A DNA stretch of 63,516 nt, counting the filler. It is 7 parts of 7 records of this genome, joined end to end, with 100 filler letters (N's around TTAATTAATTAA, not from the genome) between each part and the next. Parts side by side here need not be neighbours in the genome. Positions count along the whole stretch, not along the records: positions 16,075 to 22,660 come from SRR20825019_1608; positions 22,761 to 28,589 come from SRR20825019_1610; positions 28,690 to 41,286 come from SRR20825019_1611; 4 more parts are not named here. The stretch is one strand, 5' to 3'. The notes under the pieces were generated by a model. It did no database searches. It had not been told where the DNA came from and worked only from the letters and a program-made list of their open reading frames with translations. Shown one piece after another: positions 19,499 to 29,010 of the stretch; the first letter of the stretch is position 1, and every line of letters begins with the position of its first letter. The position numbers and the translations under genes were made by a program.

Positions 19499-20821
19499 AT
19501 GCCCCATATCACGAACGATCCCCAATTCGACCTTCCCAAAGAATGCGATGTTGTCGTTATCGGCGGCGGTATCCATGGTGCCAGCAGCGCGTACTACCTT
19601 GCCAAGGCGGGCATGAAGGTTGTCCTTCTGGAAAAGGATACCATTGCCTCGCATCAGTCCGGTCGGGCGTGGGGGTTCGTGCGTCAGCAGGGCCGTGATC
19701 CGGTTGAACTGCCCCTGATGATTGAATGCAACCGCATCTGGCAGGGGCTTGAAAAGGAACTCGACGCTGATCTGGAATGGCGGCAGGGTGGGGTCATGTT
19801 CGTTGCGCGCGATGATGCCGAAATGGCGGAATTTGAGCAATGGATCGAAGACGCCAAAGGATTTGATATCGAAACGCAGGTGCTTGATCCCAAGGGGGTT
19901 GCCAGGATCGCACCGGGCATCACGCGCCCCGGCGTTGGCGGGATTTATACCCCGTCTGACGGGCAGGCCGAACCGAAAAAGGCCGCCCCGGCAATCGCAA
20001 AACGTGCCGGTGAACTCGGCGCCTTTATTGCCGAAGGTTGCGGTGCCATTGGCATTGAAACGAGTGGCGGTGCAATCAGTTCGGTCATATCCGAACGTGG
20101 CGAGATCAAATGCAAATACGTGATCTGTGCCGCTGGGGCCGCGACGCATAAATTCGTTGCCAAATTCGGCCGTCGCCTGCCGCAGCAAACCACGCGCGGC
20201 ACGGTGATCCGCACCACCCCGGTGCCGGAAATTTCAGCCGCCGGTACATTGGCCGCCGGTCTGGCGTTTCGTCAACGTGCCGATGGCTCGATGAATATCG
20301 CTGACGAATTCATGACCGATCTGGATCTGACATTGGGCCGGTTCAAATATGCCCGCGATTTTGCACCGGGCCTGTTTGCTAATTGGGCGACCTTCAAATT
20401 CCATCTGAACAGGCGGTTTGTTGATGACCTTGTTGATCGCCTGCCGGGTTCGGCGGCATCAAAGCAGCCATTGATCGGGCGGCGGGAAAATCAGGCGCAG
20501 CCCTACGAGGTGCGCGTGAATAACGCGATGGCGAACCTGCAAAAGGTTTTCCCGCAAATCAAACAGGTCGGTATTGCCGATAAATGGGCGGGCGATATCG
20601 ATGTTACCCCCGATGCGATACCGGTGATCGATCAGTTCGACAATCCAAAACATTTCTTTGTCGCCACCGGTTTTTCCGGCCACGGATTTGCCATGGGGCC
20701 AGTGGTCGGCAAGGTGCTGGCGGACTGGATCACAACCGGGCAGCCATCCATTACGCTTGCCGGGATGGAGCTTTCACGGTTTGAGGACGGCACCATCCGC
20801 AAACCGCGCACGCGGGTCTGA
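19499..20821 (+). CDS. FAD-dependent oxidoreductase (D-amino acid oxidase/DadA family)
   Basis: VVVIGGGIHG, QSGRAWGFVRQQGRD, WAGDIDVTPDAIPVI, GFSGHGFAMGP. Confidence 0.92.
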   Translation: MPHITNDPQFDLPKECDVVVIGGGIHGASSAYYLAKAGMKVVLLEKDTIASHQSGRAWGFVRQQGRDPVELPLMIECNRIWQGLEKELDADLEWRQGGVMFVARDDAEMAEFEQWIEDAKGFDIETQVLDPKGVARIAPGITRPGVGGIYTPSDGQAEPKKAAPAIAKRAGELGAFIAEGCGAIGIETSGGAISSVISERGEIKCKYVICAAGAATHKFVAKFGRRLPQQTTRGTVIRTTPVPEISAAGTLAAGLAFRQRADGSMNIADEFMTDLDLTLGRFKYARDFAPGLFANWATFKFHLNRRFVDDLVDRLPGSAASKQPLIGRRENQAQPYEVRVNNAMANLQKVFPQIKQVGIADKWAGDIDVTPDAIPVIDQFDNPKHFFVATGFSGHGFAMGPVVGKVLADWITTGQPSITLAGMELSRFEDGTIRKPRTRV

Positions 20822-20897
20822 TCTTTTTGTGTGAGGAATAATCTGGCGTCGGGATCGTTTTCAAACGGTCTTGACGCAGGGTATCTGTCATGCAATT

Positions 20898-20919
20898 AAA
20901 TGTTATGTTATAACGTAAC
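20898..20919 (+). promoter_or_regulatory. Zur-type (Fur family) operator
   Basis: AAATGTTATGTTATAACGTAAC; 18-bp palindrome GTTATGTTA/TAACGTAAC with one mismatch; TTGACG -35-like hexamer at 20871-20876. Confidence 0.7.
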
Positions 20920-20935
20920 TTTTAATTTGAAGCTC

Positions 20936-21001
20936 ATGATGAAATTTGCATCGGTCGCCGGTGTTGGTCTGGCTCTTTTCGGTGCAGCACAAATCGCCTA
21001 A
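20936..21001 (+). other. 21-codon hydrophobic small ORF or gene remnant
   Basis: MMKFASVAGVGLALFGAAQIA* directly after the Zur-like box; no clear RBS. Confidence 0.35.
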
Positions 21002-21056
21002 AGCCGAGACCATGATCGCAGTTCTCCCAAACATTGCGGCCAGGGTTTCGGCTTTC

Positions 21057-21091
21057 GAAGACCGGCAACGATCTGCACGTTGCCGGTCTTC
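21057..21091. terminator. strong hairpin (likely terminator between convergent units)
   Basis: Perfect 14-bp IR GAAGACCGGCAACG-N7-CGTTGCCGGTCTTC. Confidence 0.7.
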
Positions 21092-21107
21092 ACCTATCTG
21101 TTATGCT

Positions 21108-22151
21108 CTATTGCGCGGCTTTGGTTTCGGGTAAATCATTCGTCTGATGATTGGTTTTGCCGTCAAAAAACCGTGTTGCCCCAATCGGGGCGGCAATGAA
21201 GTCATTCGCGCCAATGTCGGCATCCTTGCGTGCCGATGCCAATCGCACCGGCGGTTCGTCAACCGGTTCTGCGGTCAGGACGAAAGTCCCCCAATGAATG
21301 GCAAGCGCCTGCTTGATGCCCATTACCTGCATGATCTGAATGGCTTCTTCGGGGTTGGTGTGGGCGTTGCGCATGAAATCGCTGGGCTCGTAAGCCCCGA
21401 TCGGGATCAGGCCGAAATCGATCCCGCCATATTGTTCGCCCATTTCGGTAAACAGCCGTTCGTTCCAGCCGGTATCACCGACGAAATAGAAACGATAGCC
21501 ATCTGCGAATTCAAGGATATATCCGCCCCACAGCATTTCCTTGCGGTCCTTGGTGGTGCGCGCCGACCAGTGATTGCTGGGCACATGGGTGATGGTAACG
21601 CCGCCATGCGAAAGGCTTTGGTCCCAGTCGAGTTCTTCGTACTGGTCGGGGGAGATTCCGGCCTTTTCCAGAAGAGTTCCGTTTTTCAGCGGCAGGATAT
21701 AGCGCGGGCCATTGCCAATCTTTCCAAGGCTTTCGACATCGAAATGGTCGTAATGATTGTGCGACAGCAGCACCAGATCAAGCGTAGGCAACTGATCGAT
21801 CCGCAATCCCGGCTGGCTGTATCGTTTGGGGCCGACATATCGGAACGGCGATGCCCGTTTGGCAAAGACCGGGTCGGTCAGGATATTGAGCCCGCCATAT
21901 TGCACCAGAGCCGTCGCATGGCCGATCCATGTGACTTGCAGGCGCGCCGGATCGGGATTGTGGATCGCGTCCATATCCGGGGCCTCGGTCGGGATTTTGC
22001 CGTGCTGGTGTTTGGCTTTTGGCCAGTTTTCAGAGCCGAAATAACGCCGCTTCAGGAAGCGCCAGAATGATCTTTTGCCGGTTTCCGGCAGGGGATAGCG
22101 GTTTTCAAATCCGAATGCTGTGTGGTGCGTTGGGCGTTTTTTGTCAGTCAC
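21108..22151 (-). CDS. MBL-fold metallo-hydrolase (NAPE-PLD/RomA-like)
   Basis: TWIGHAT, ILTDPVF, SHNHYDHFD, HWSAR, GDTG, PIGAYEP, IHWGTF. Confidence 0.93.
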   Translation of the reverse strand: MTDKKRPTHHTAFGFENRYPLPETGKRSFWRFLKRRYFGSENWPKAKHQHGKIPTEAPDMDAIHNPDPARLQVTWIGHATALVQYGGLNILTDPVFAKRASPFRYVGPKRYSQPGLRIDQLPTLDLVLLSHNHYDHFDVESLGKIGNGPRYILPLKNGTLLEKAGISPDQYEELDWDQSLSHGGVTITHVPSNHWSARTTKDRKEMLWGGYILEFADGYRFYFVGDTGWNERLFTEMGEQYGGIDFGLIPIGAYEPSDFMRNAHTNPEEAIQIMQVMGIKQALAIHWGTFVLTAEPVDEPPVRLASARKDADIGANDFIAAPIGATRFFDGKTNHQTNDLPETKAAQ

Positions 22152-22242
22152 GCGGTCAAATCCCCTGATCGGCTGATTGATATTTTCGATCTTATGAATG
22201 TGTCGCGGATCGGGAATTGTGCAAGTGCGGGCTGATCAATGG

Positions 22243-22273
22243 AAAAGGCCGGAACCGCGTTTGGTTCCGGCCT
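22243..22273 (-). terminator. rho-independent terminator
   Basis: AGGCCGGAACC-N6-GGTTCCGGCCT with a 5' A run (U tract on the minus strand). Confidence 0.65.
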
Positions 22274-22287
22274 GCATTCCAGTCGGT

Positions 22288-22659
22288 TTATTCGATCACG
22301 GTCACGTAGCTGTCAAGCGGTGGAACGGTTTCGATAATGCCCTGATCCTTGAGATAATCGGCAAAGCGGGCATAACGGGTGCGGTCAACAGCAGCCGGAC
22401 GGAGCGCAAAGCGCGGCAGGGTATCGGCCCATGCCTTGATGTTAAGCTCGTCATCCAGGTTCGGATAGGCCGCGATAAAGGCCTGCCAGCTGTCATCGGG
22501 ATGATTGACCAGATACTGAACGCCCTCTTCAAGCGCGGCCAGCATGCGGGCAAAGCGCGGATCATCGGTTTTGTCGTTGCGCACGGTCAGGATCAGCTCG
22601 TCATAGGGCGGAACGCCTTCTTCCTCGACATAAAATGCCTTGCCCGGTTTGCCTTCGAT
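22288..22659 (-). CDS. ABC transporter substrate-binding protein, NMT1/THI5 (ThiY-like), 3' fragment
   Basis: FYVEEEGVPPYDELI...HPDDSWQAF...LDDELNIKAWADTLPRFA. Confidence 0.85.
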   Translation of the reverse strand: MEGKPGKAFYVEEEGVPPYDELILTVRNDKTDDPRFARMLAALEEGVQYLVNHPDDSWQAFIAAYPNLDDELNIKAWADTLPRFALRPAAVDRTRYARFADYLKDQGIIETVPPLDSYVTVIE

Positions 22660-22660
22660 T

Positions 22661-22760
22661 NNNNNNNNNNNNNNNNNNNNNNNNNNNNNNNNNNNNNNNN
22701 NNNNTTAATTAATTAANNNNNNNNNNNNNNNNNNNNNNNNNNNNNNNNNNNNNNNNNNNN
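22661..22760. other. artificial contig linker
   Basis: N44-TTAATTAATTAA-N44. Confidence 0.99.
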
Positions 22761-22761
22761 C

Positions 22762-24300
22762 ATCCACACCTTCGGCTTCCGGGGCGAGGCGCTGCCGTCC
22801 CTCGGCGCCGTCGGGCGGCTGGCGATCATCAGCCGGGCCGAGGGGCACGAGGGCGCCGAAATCACCGTGACCGGCGGCCAGATCGGCCCCGTCCGCCCCG
22901 CCGCGCTGAACCGGGGCACGCAGGTGGAATTGCGCGACCTCTTCTTCGCCACCCCCGCCCGCCTCAAATTCCTGCGCACCGACCGGGCCGAGGCGCAGGC
23001 CATCGCCGAGGTGATGCGCAAGCTGGCCATGGCCGAGCCTTTCGTCGGCTTCACGCTCTATGACGTTGACGGCCAGCGCGAGATCCTGCGGGTCGATGCC
23101 GAACAGGGCGAACTCTTCGACGCGCTCGGCGCCCGGCTCGGCCGGTTGATGGGCCGCGACTTCGTGGAAAACGCCATCCGGCTAGATCTGGAGCGTGACG
23201 GCTTCCGCCTAACCGGCTTCGCCGCGCTGCCGACCTACTCGCGCGGCTCTGCCGTGGCGCAGCACCTCTTCGTCAACGGCCGTCCGGTGCGCGACAAGCT
23301 GCTGATCGGCGCGCTGAGGGCCGCCTATATGGACGTGCTGTCGCGCGACCGGCACCCGGCGGCGGTGCTGTTCGTCGATTGCGACCCGCATCTGGTCGAT
23401 GTGAACGTGCATCCCGCCAAGGCCGAGGTCCGGTTCCGCGATTCCGGGCTGGTGCGCGGCATGGTAGTCAGCGGCATCCGGCACGCGCTGGCGGGGGCCG
23501 GGCACCGGGCCTCGGGCACCGTGGCCGATGAGACGCTGGCGGCGATGCGGCCCGAGCCCATCGCGCCGCGCATCTACCAGATGGATTTTGCGAGCCGCCC
23601 CTCGTTGGGTGCGCTGCGCCATGCCTATGCCGCGCAGGCGCCCGAAACCGGGCCCGCGCTGGCCGAGAGCCCCGCCCCCTTTACCTCTGCCCGGATCGAA
23701 CCCGAACAGGGCCCGGTCGAAACGCCCCTTGGCGCCGCCCGGGCGCAGCTGCATGAAAACTACATCATCGCCCAGACCAAGGACGGGATCGTCATCGTCG
23801 ATCAACACGCGGCGCATGAGCGGCTGGTCTATGAACGGCTGAAAGCGCAGGTCGCGGAACACGGCATCACGGCGCAAGCGCTGCTGATCCCCGAGATCAT
23901 CACCCTCTCGGTCAGCGACGCCCAGCGCCTGCTGGACCATGCCGGGGAACTGGCGAACCTCGGCCTGGTGCTGGAACCCTTCGGCGAGGGCACGGTGGCC
24001 GTCCGCGAAACCCCCGCCGCATTGGGCAATTGCGACGCGCGGGGGCTGGTTCTGGATATCCTCGACGAACTCGCCGACCTCGGCTCGTCTCAGAAACTGG
24101 GCGCGCGGATTGATGCGGTGCTCAGCCGGATGGCCTGCCACGGCTCGATCCGCTCGGGCCGCCAGATGCGGGCCGAGGAGATGAACGCGCTCCTGCGCGA
24201 GATGGAGGCGACGCCGCTGTCGGGCCAGTGCAACCACGGGCGGCCGACCTATGTTGAGCTGAAACTCTCGGATATCGAGAAGCTGTTCGGCCGGCGATGA
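22762..24300 (+). CDS. mutL: DNA mismatch repair endonuclease MutL, 5'-truncated
   Basis: [47 protein letters not shown]. Confidence 0.97.
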   Translation: MHTFGFRGEALPSLGAVGRLAIISRAEGHEGAEITVTGGQIGPVRPAALNRGTQVELRDLFFATPARLKFLRTDRAEAQAIAEVMRKLAMAEPFVGFTLYDVDGQREILRVDAEQGELFDALGARLGRLMGRDFVENAIRLDLERDGFRLTGFAALPTYSRGSAVAQHLFVNGRPVRDKLLIGALRAAYMDVLSRDRHPAAVLFVDCDPHLVDVNVHPAKAEVRFRDSGLVRGMVVSGIRHALAGAGHRASGTVADETLAAMRPEPIAPRIYQMDFASRPSLGALRHAYAAQAPETGPALAESPAPFTSARIEPEQGPVETPLGAARAQLHENYIIAQTKDGIVIVDQHAAHERLVYERLKAQVAEHGITAQALLIPEIITLSVSDAQRLLDHAGELANLGLVLEPFGEGTVAVRETPAALGNCDARGLVLDILDELADLGSSQKLGARIDAVLSRMACHGSIRSGRQMRAEEMNALLREMEATPLSGQCNHGRPTYVELKLSDIEKLFGRR

Positions 24301-25445
24301 CCCTCGACCTGTCCGACCCCTGGGTGCTGGCCGCCGGTGCCGCCGGGATCCTCGCCCTCCTGCTGCTGCTGATCCTGCATGCCGCGATGAAATCGGCCCG
24401 CGTCGCCGCACCCTTGGCCGGGCAGATGGCGCAGCTGGGCCAGCGGGTGCAGGCGCTGTCGGATGGCCAGCAGCATCTGGCGGGCGGGCTGCACCATGTC
24501 TCCGACGCGCAGGCACGGGCGCAGACGCAGATGCTGGGGCTGATGGAGCAGCGACTGGCGGACGTGGCCGACACGATGGGCGAGGCGCTGGAAGGCAGCG
24601 CCGTCCGCACCGCGCGCAGCCTCGGCGATCTTCACGCGCGGCTGGAGGCCATCGACAAGGCCCAGGCGAATATCGAGAAGCTGTCGGGCGACGTGCTGTC
24701 CCTGCAGGACATCCTGTCCAACAAGCAGACCCGCGGCGCCTTTGGCGAGATCCAGCTGCATGACATCGTGGCGCAGGCCCTGCCGTCGGACAGTTACACG
24801 ATGCAGGCGACGCTCTCGAACGGGAAGCGTGCCGATTGTCTGGTGCATCTGCCCAAGCCCCCCGGCCCCATCGCCATCGACGCCAAGTTCCCGCTGGAAC
24901 CCTACGAGGCCCTGCGCGCCGCCGAGACCGAGGCCGAAAAGCAGGAAGCCCGCCGCATGATGCGCGCGGCGATCCGCCACCACATGCGGGCGATCGCCGA
25001 GAAATACATCCTTGAGGGCGAGACGGCCGAGGGGGCGCTGATGTTCCTGCCCTCGGAAGCGGTCTATGCCGAACTGCACGCCAATTTCCCCGATCTGGTG
25101 CGCGAGGGGTTCGGGCTCAGGGTCTGGGTCGTCTCGCCCACCACCTGCATGGCGACGCTCAACACCATGCGGGCCGTCCTGAAGGACGCGCGGATGAAGG
25201 AACAGGCGGGCGCCATCCGGCGGGAACTGGCGATGCTCTGCCGCGATCTGGATCTGCTGGGCGGGCGGGTCGAGAACCTCGACCGGCATTTCGCGCAGGC
25301 GGTGAAGGACGTGGCCGAGATCCGCACCTCGGCCGACCGGGCGACCCGGCGGGCGCGGCGGCTCGACAATTTCGATTTCGAGGAGGTGGCGCCCGAAACC
25401 GCGCCGCAGCGCCTGAGCGACCGGCAGCCCGAACGGCTGGGCTGA
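24297..25445 (+). CDS. rmuC: DNA recombination protein RmuC
   Basis: N-terminal TM helix and coiled coil; [31 protein letters not shown] overlap with mutL. Confidence 0.95.
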   Translation: MTLDLSDPWVLAAGAAGILALLLLLILHAAMKSARVAAPLAGQMAQLGQRVQALSDGQQHLAGGLHHVSDAQARAQTQMLGLMEQRLADVADTMGEALEGSAVRTARSLGDLHARLEAIDKAQANIEKLSGDVLSLQDILSNKQTRGAFGEIQLHDIVAQALPSDSYTMQATLSNGKRADCLVHLPKPPGPIAIDAKFPLEPYEALRAAETEAEKQEARRMMRAAIRHHMRAIAEKYILEGETAEGALMFLPSEAVYAELHANFPDLVREGFGLRVWVVSPTTCMATLNTMRAVLKDARMKEQAGAIRRELAMLCRDLDLLGGRVENLDRHFAQAVKDVAEIRTSADRATRRARRLDNFDFEEVAPETAPQRLSDRQPERLG

Positions 25446-25457
25446 GCCCGGACAGCG

Positions 25458-25489
25458 AAAAGGGTCGGGGAGCGAACCCCGACCCCTTT
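25458..25489. terminator. hairpin after rmuC (probable bidirectional terminator)
   Basis: AAAA-GGGTCGGGG-N6-CCCCGACCC-CTTT. Confidence 0.65.
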
Positions 25490-25571
25490 GCCTTCCGAAG
25501 TTTCCCAACCCGGAATGCCCCCGCCGCCCGGCCCCAACCGCCAGACGACAAGGGATCTTCAAACGGGAGAC

Positions 25572-25596
25572 GGGCGGGGATGGACCCCGCCCTGAC
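25572..25596 (-). repeat. REP-like palindrome or terminator after the ALDH gene
   Basis: GGGCGGGG-ATGGA-CCCCGCCC-TGAC. Confidence 0.4.
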
Positions 25597-25617
25597 ATCG
25601 CCGATGCTGGAAGGGTG

Positions 25618-27915
25618 TTACGCCCCGTAAGGCACCCAGACCGTCTTCACCTGCACGGACCGCCGCAGGAAGTCCCGCGATTGTCCGGCCTGCCCCGTCC
25701 AGTCGCGCATCCGCGACTCGGCCCAGACGGGTTTGAGGTTGCCCGCCGACCAGGCCTCGGTCCGGCGGCAGAGATCGGGATCGGCAAAGACCCAGAGCGC
25801 CGCCACATCGTCATGTTTCGCCAGCGTCTCGGCCAGCTCGCCTTGGGGACCGGTGACGATGTTGACCACGCCGCCCGGCACGTCCGAGGTATCGAGCACC
25901 TGATAGAGATCCAGCGCCGGGACCGGATTGGACTGCGAGGCGACGGCCACGACCCGGTTGCCCATGGCGATGGCGGGCAGCACGGTCGAGACGAAGCCCA
26001 GAAGCGGCGCTTCCTCAGGGCAGACAATGCCCATCACGCCGTAGGGTTCCTTCATCGCCAGCGTGACGTTGGGTCCGGTGGTGGAGTGGACCTTGCCGTC
26101 ATACTTGTCGGCCCAGGCCGCCCAGTAGAAGGCGCGTTCCACGGCCTGCGCGACCTCGTCCTTGGGCGCGAAATCCTTGGCGCGGGCGCTCAGGTTCTCG
26201 GCCAGGAAATAGAGGACCTGCGCGCGGTTGTGGCCGGTGACCTTGGACCAGCCCTTGGCCGCACGCGCCGCCTCGACCGCGTTGCGGATATCCTTGCGCC
26301 CGCCCAGCGGGATCTGCGCGCCCGCCACGGCATAGGAATAGCCGCCATCCGGGCGTTTCTGTCCGCCGCCGATATAGAGTTTCCGCGTGCGGTCCACCGA
26401 GTCGCCCGTGGCCTCGCCCGGGGTGGCCGAGACGGCGGCGGGGGCCTTGCGTTCCTTGCCGGTGGCCTCGTCCGAGGTCAGGTAGGCCAGCATCCCCTCG
26501 CGCGCGCCCTCGCGGCCGAAGCCCGATTCGCGCATGCCGCCGAAGGGGGCGTTGGCGTCGAACATGTTGGTGCCGTTGATCCAGACGACACCCGCCTTGA
26601 CCTGAGACGCGATATCCAGCGCGGTCGTCAGGTTCTCGGACCAGATGCTCGCCGCCAGCCCGTAACGGGTGTTGTTCGCGAGCTCCACCGCCTCACCCGG
26701 CGTGCGGAAGGTCATCAGGGTGACAACCGGGCCGAAGATTTCCTCGGTATTGGCGATATTGGCCGCGCCCAGATCGGTCAGCAGCATCGGCGGGCAGAAC
26801 GAGCCCGGGCCGTTCGGCACCGGCGCCTGATGCAAGATCGCGCCTTGCTGGACGGCCTGATCAACCAGCCCCCGGATGCGCTCCAGCTGAGTCGTATGGA
26901 CCACGGCGCCGACATCGGTGGATTTGTCCAAGGGATCGCCGACCCGCAGCTTCGCCATGCGGGCTTTCAGCCGGGCGGTGAAGGTCTCCGCCACCTGCTC
27001 CTGCACCAGAATGCGCGAGCCTGCGCAGCAGACCTCACCCTGGTTGAACCAGATCGCGTCCACCACGCCCTCGACCGCCGCATCCAGATCGGCCTCGGCG
27101 AAGACGATGAACGGGGATTTCCCGCCCAGTTCCAGCGTCAGCGCCTTGCCGCTGCCCGCGGTCTGCTGGCGGATCAGGCGGCCGACTTCGGTCGAGCCGG
27201 TAAAGGCGATCTTGTCCACGTCCGAGGCGACCAGCGCTGCCCCGGTCCGCCCGTCGCCGGTAACGATGTTGACGACACCCTTCGGCAACCCGGCCTCGAC
27301 GCAAAGCTCCGCGAACAACAGCGCCGTCAGGGGCGTGAATTCGGCGGGTTTCAGAACGACCGTGTTCCCGGCGGCCAGCGCAGGCGCGACCTTCCAGGCC
27401 AGCATCAACAGCGGGAAGTTCCACGGGATGATCTGCCCGCAGACGCCATGCGGCCGCATGCCCGGGAATTCATCGGCCAGAAGCTCGGCCCAACCGGCGT
27501 GATGATAGAAATGGCGCACCGCCAGCGGCACGTCGATGTCGCGCGATTCGCGGATCGGCTTGCCGTTGTCCAAGGTCTCCAGCACCGCGAACAGGCGTTC
27601 GCGCTTCTGCATCAGCCGGGCCAGCGCGTAGAGGTGCCGCGCCCGCTGCCCGCCGGAGAGTTTCGCCCAGCCCTTGGCCGCCGACCGCGCGGCTTTCACC
27701 GCCTCGGCCACATCGGCCTCCGAACCCTGCGTCACCTGCGCCAGTTCAGCGCCCGTCGCGGGGTTGGTGACGGAGAAGGTCTCGCCCGGCTTGGTGAAGG
27801 CGCCGTTGATGAAATGACCGAAGGCGCGGCCTTTCAGCCAGTCCATGGCGACGGCGGCGGATTCGGGGGCGGGACCGTAGTCCATCATGGCGAGGGCTTC
27901 CGTGACTGTGGGCAT
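25618..27915 (-). CDS. aldehyde dehydrogenase, ALDH16-like (extra C-terminal Rossmann domain)
   Basis: IIPWNFP, LKPAEFT, FTGSTEVG, LELGGKSP, FNQGEVCCAG, EEIFGP; second partial ALDH domain at the C-terminus. Confidence 0.93.
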   Translation of the reverse strand: MPTVTEALAMMDYGPAPESAAVAMDWLKGRAFGHFINGAFTKPGETFSVTNPATGAELAQVTQGSEADVAEAVKAARSAAKGWAKLSGGQRARHLYALARLMQKRERLFAVLETLDNGKPIRESRDIDVPLAVRHFYHHAGWAELLADEFPGMRPHGVCGQIIPWNFPLLMLAWKVAPALAAGNTVVLKPAEFTPLTALLFAELCVEAGLPKGVVNIVTGDGRTGAALVASDVDKIAFTGSTEVGRLIRQQTAGSGKALTLELGGKSPFIVFAEADLDAAVEGVVDAIWFNQGEVCCAGSRILVQEQVAETFTARLKARMAKLRVGDPLDKSTDVGAVVHTTQLERIRGLVDQAVQQGAILHQAPVPNGPGSFCPPMLLTDLGAANIANTEEIFGPVVTLMTFRTPGEAVELANNTRYGLAASIWSENLTTALDIASQVKAGVVWINGTNMFDANAPFGGMRESGFGREGAREGMLAYLTSDEATGKERKAPAAVSATPGEATGDSVDRTRKLYIGGGQKRPDGGYSYAVAGAQIPLGGRKDIRNAVEAARAAKGWSKVTGHNRAQVLYFLAENLSARAKDFAPKDEVAQAVERAFYWAAWADKYDGKVHSTTGPNVTLAMKEPYGVMGIVCPEEAPLLGFVSTVLPAIAMGNRVVAVASQSNPVPALDLYQVLDTSDVPGGVVNIVTGPQGELAETLAKHDDVAALWVFADPDLCRRTEAWSAGNLKPVWAESRMRDWTGQAGQSRDFLRRSVQVKTVWVPYGA

Positions 27916-27922
27916 GGTGACC

Positions 27923-28588
27923 TCAGGCGATGGCGTGGCGGTGCGAGGCGGCATAGCGCCCGGTGACGTAATGCTCGAGCTGACGCTCGATATCGCCCAG
28001 CATGGACGAGGCGCCGAAGCGGAAAAGGTCGGGCTCCAGCCAGTCGCGACCCAGCTCCTCCTTCATCAAGATCTGCCAAGACAACGCGTCCTTGCCGGTT
28101 TTCATGCCGCCCGCAGGCTTGAAACCGATCTTCACCCCGGTCCGCTCGCCGTAATCGCGCAGGGCCCGCACCATGGTCAGCGAGACCGGGATCGTGGCAT
28201 TGACGCCCTCTTTCCCGGTCGAGGTCTTGATGAAATCCGCCCCCGCCTGCATCGCCACCATCGAGGCGGCATAGACATTCGACAGCGTGACCAGATCGCC
28301 GGTCGCCAGGATCGCCTTCATATGCGACGCGCCCGAGGCTTCGCGCATCGCCGCGATCTCATCGTAAAGCGCTGTCCACTCGCCCTGAAAGACATGGGCG
28401 CGGGTGATGACGATGTCGATCTCATCGGCGCCCTGATCCACCGCATAGCGGATCTCGGCCAGCCGCAGGTCCAAAGGCATCAGCCCCGCCGGAAAGCCCG
28501 TCGCGACCGAGGCCACCGGGATCCCGCTGTTCGACAGCGCGCGCTTGGCCGCCCCGACCATAGTCGGATAAACGCAGACCGCGCCGGT
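27923..28588 (-). CDS. deoC: deoxyribose-phosphate aldolase, 5'-truncated
   Basis: AVCVYP, VATGFPAG, GADEIDIVI, GADFIKTSTGK, GFKPAGG, RFGASS. Confidence 0.96.
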   Translation of the reverse strand, partial: TGAVCVYPTMVGAAKRALSNSGIPVASVATGFPAGLMPLDLRLAEIRYAVDQGADEIDIVITRAHVFQGEWTALYDEIAAMREASGASHMKAILATGDLVTLSNVYAASMVAMQAGADFIKTSTGKEGVNATIPVSLTMVRALRDYGERTGVKIGFKPAGGMKTGKDALSWQILMKEELGRDWLEPDLFRFGASSMLGDIERQLEHYVTGRYAASHRHAIA

Positions 28589-28589
28589 C

Positions 28590-28689
28590 NNNNNNNNNNN
28601 NNNNNNNNNNNNNNNNNNNNNNNNNNNNNNNNNTTAATTAATTAANNNNNNNNNNNNNNNNNNNNNNNNNNNNNNNNNNNNNNNNNNNN
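28590..28689. other. artificial contig linker
   Basis: N44-TTAATTAATTAA-N44. Confidence 0.99.
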
Positions 28690-28716
28690 CCGCCATCCAT
28701 GGCTCCGCACATTTTT
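28690..28716 (-). repeat. partial inverted copy of the intergenic repeat core
   Basis: Reverse complement reads AAAAATGTGCGGAGCCATGGATGGCGG, matching 28888-28913 (one mismatch). Confidence 0.8.
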
Positions 28717-28868
28717 GGTCAGATTATCCCGCCCTATTGCGATTCGGCCATACAGATGGTCGATCCACAATTACTTCAATGCAGAGCAGTAGCAAATCTC
28801 GAATCATCGCAAACACTCAACCTGACCAACCCTTTCAGATAATCGAACTCTGCTATTCGGTCGCAGGG

Positions 28869-28968
28869 CAGCGTGTGGGGACTTTCGAAAATGTGCGGAG
28901 CCATGGAAGGCGGAGCCCAAGCCGCACACGGACGTCTCGAGGCGTTTTTCGAAAGTCCCCACACGCTG
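28869..28968 (+). repeat. 100-bp intergenic element with 23-bp terminal inverted repeats
   Basis: CAGCGTGTGGGGACTTTCGAAAA (28869-28891)/TTTTCGAAAGTCCCCACACGCTG (28946-28968) around the core TGTGCGGAGCCATGGAAGGCGGAGCCCAAG. Confidence 0.85.
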
Positions 28969-29010
28969 TTCTGCAGGCACCAAAATAAAAGGGCCAGGCC
29001 CAGCTAGAGA

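Noticed and set aside
25615-27966. 783-aa plus-strand ORF spanning the ALDH gene
   Set aside because: In-register antisense shadow of a GC-rich gene.
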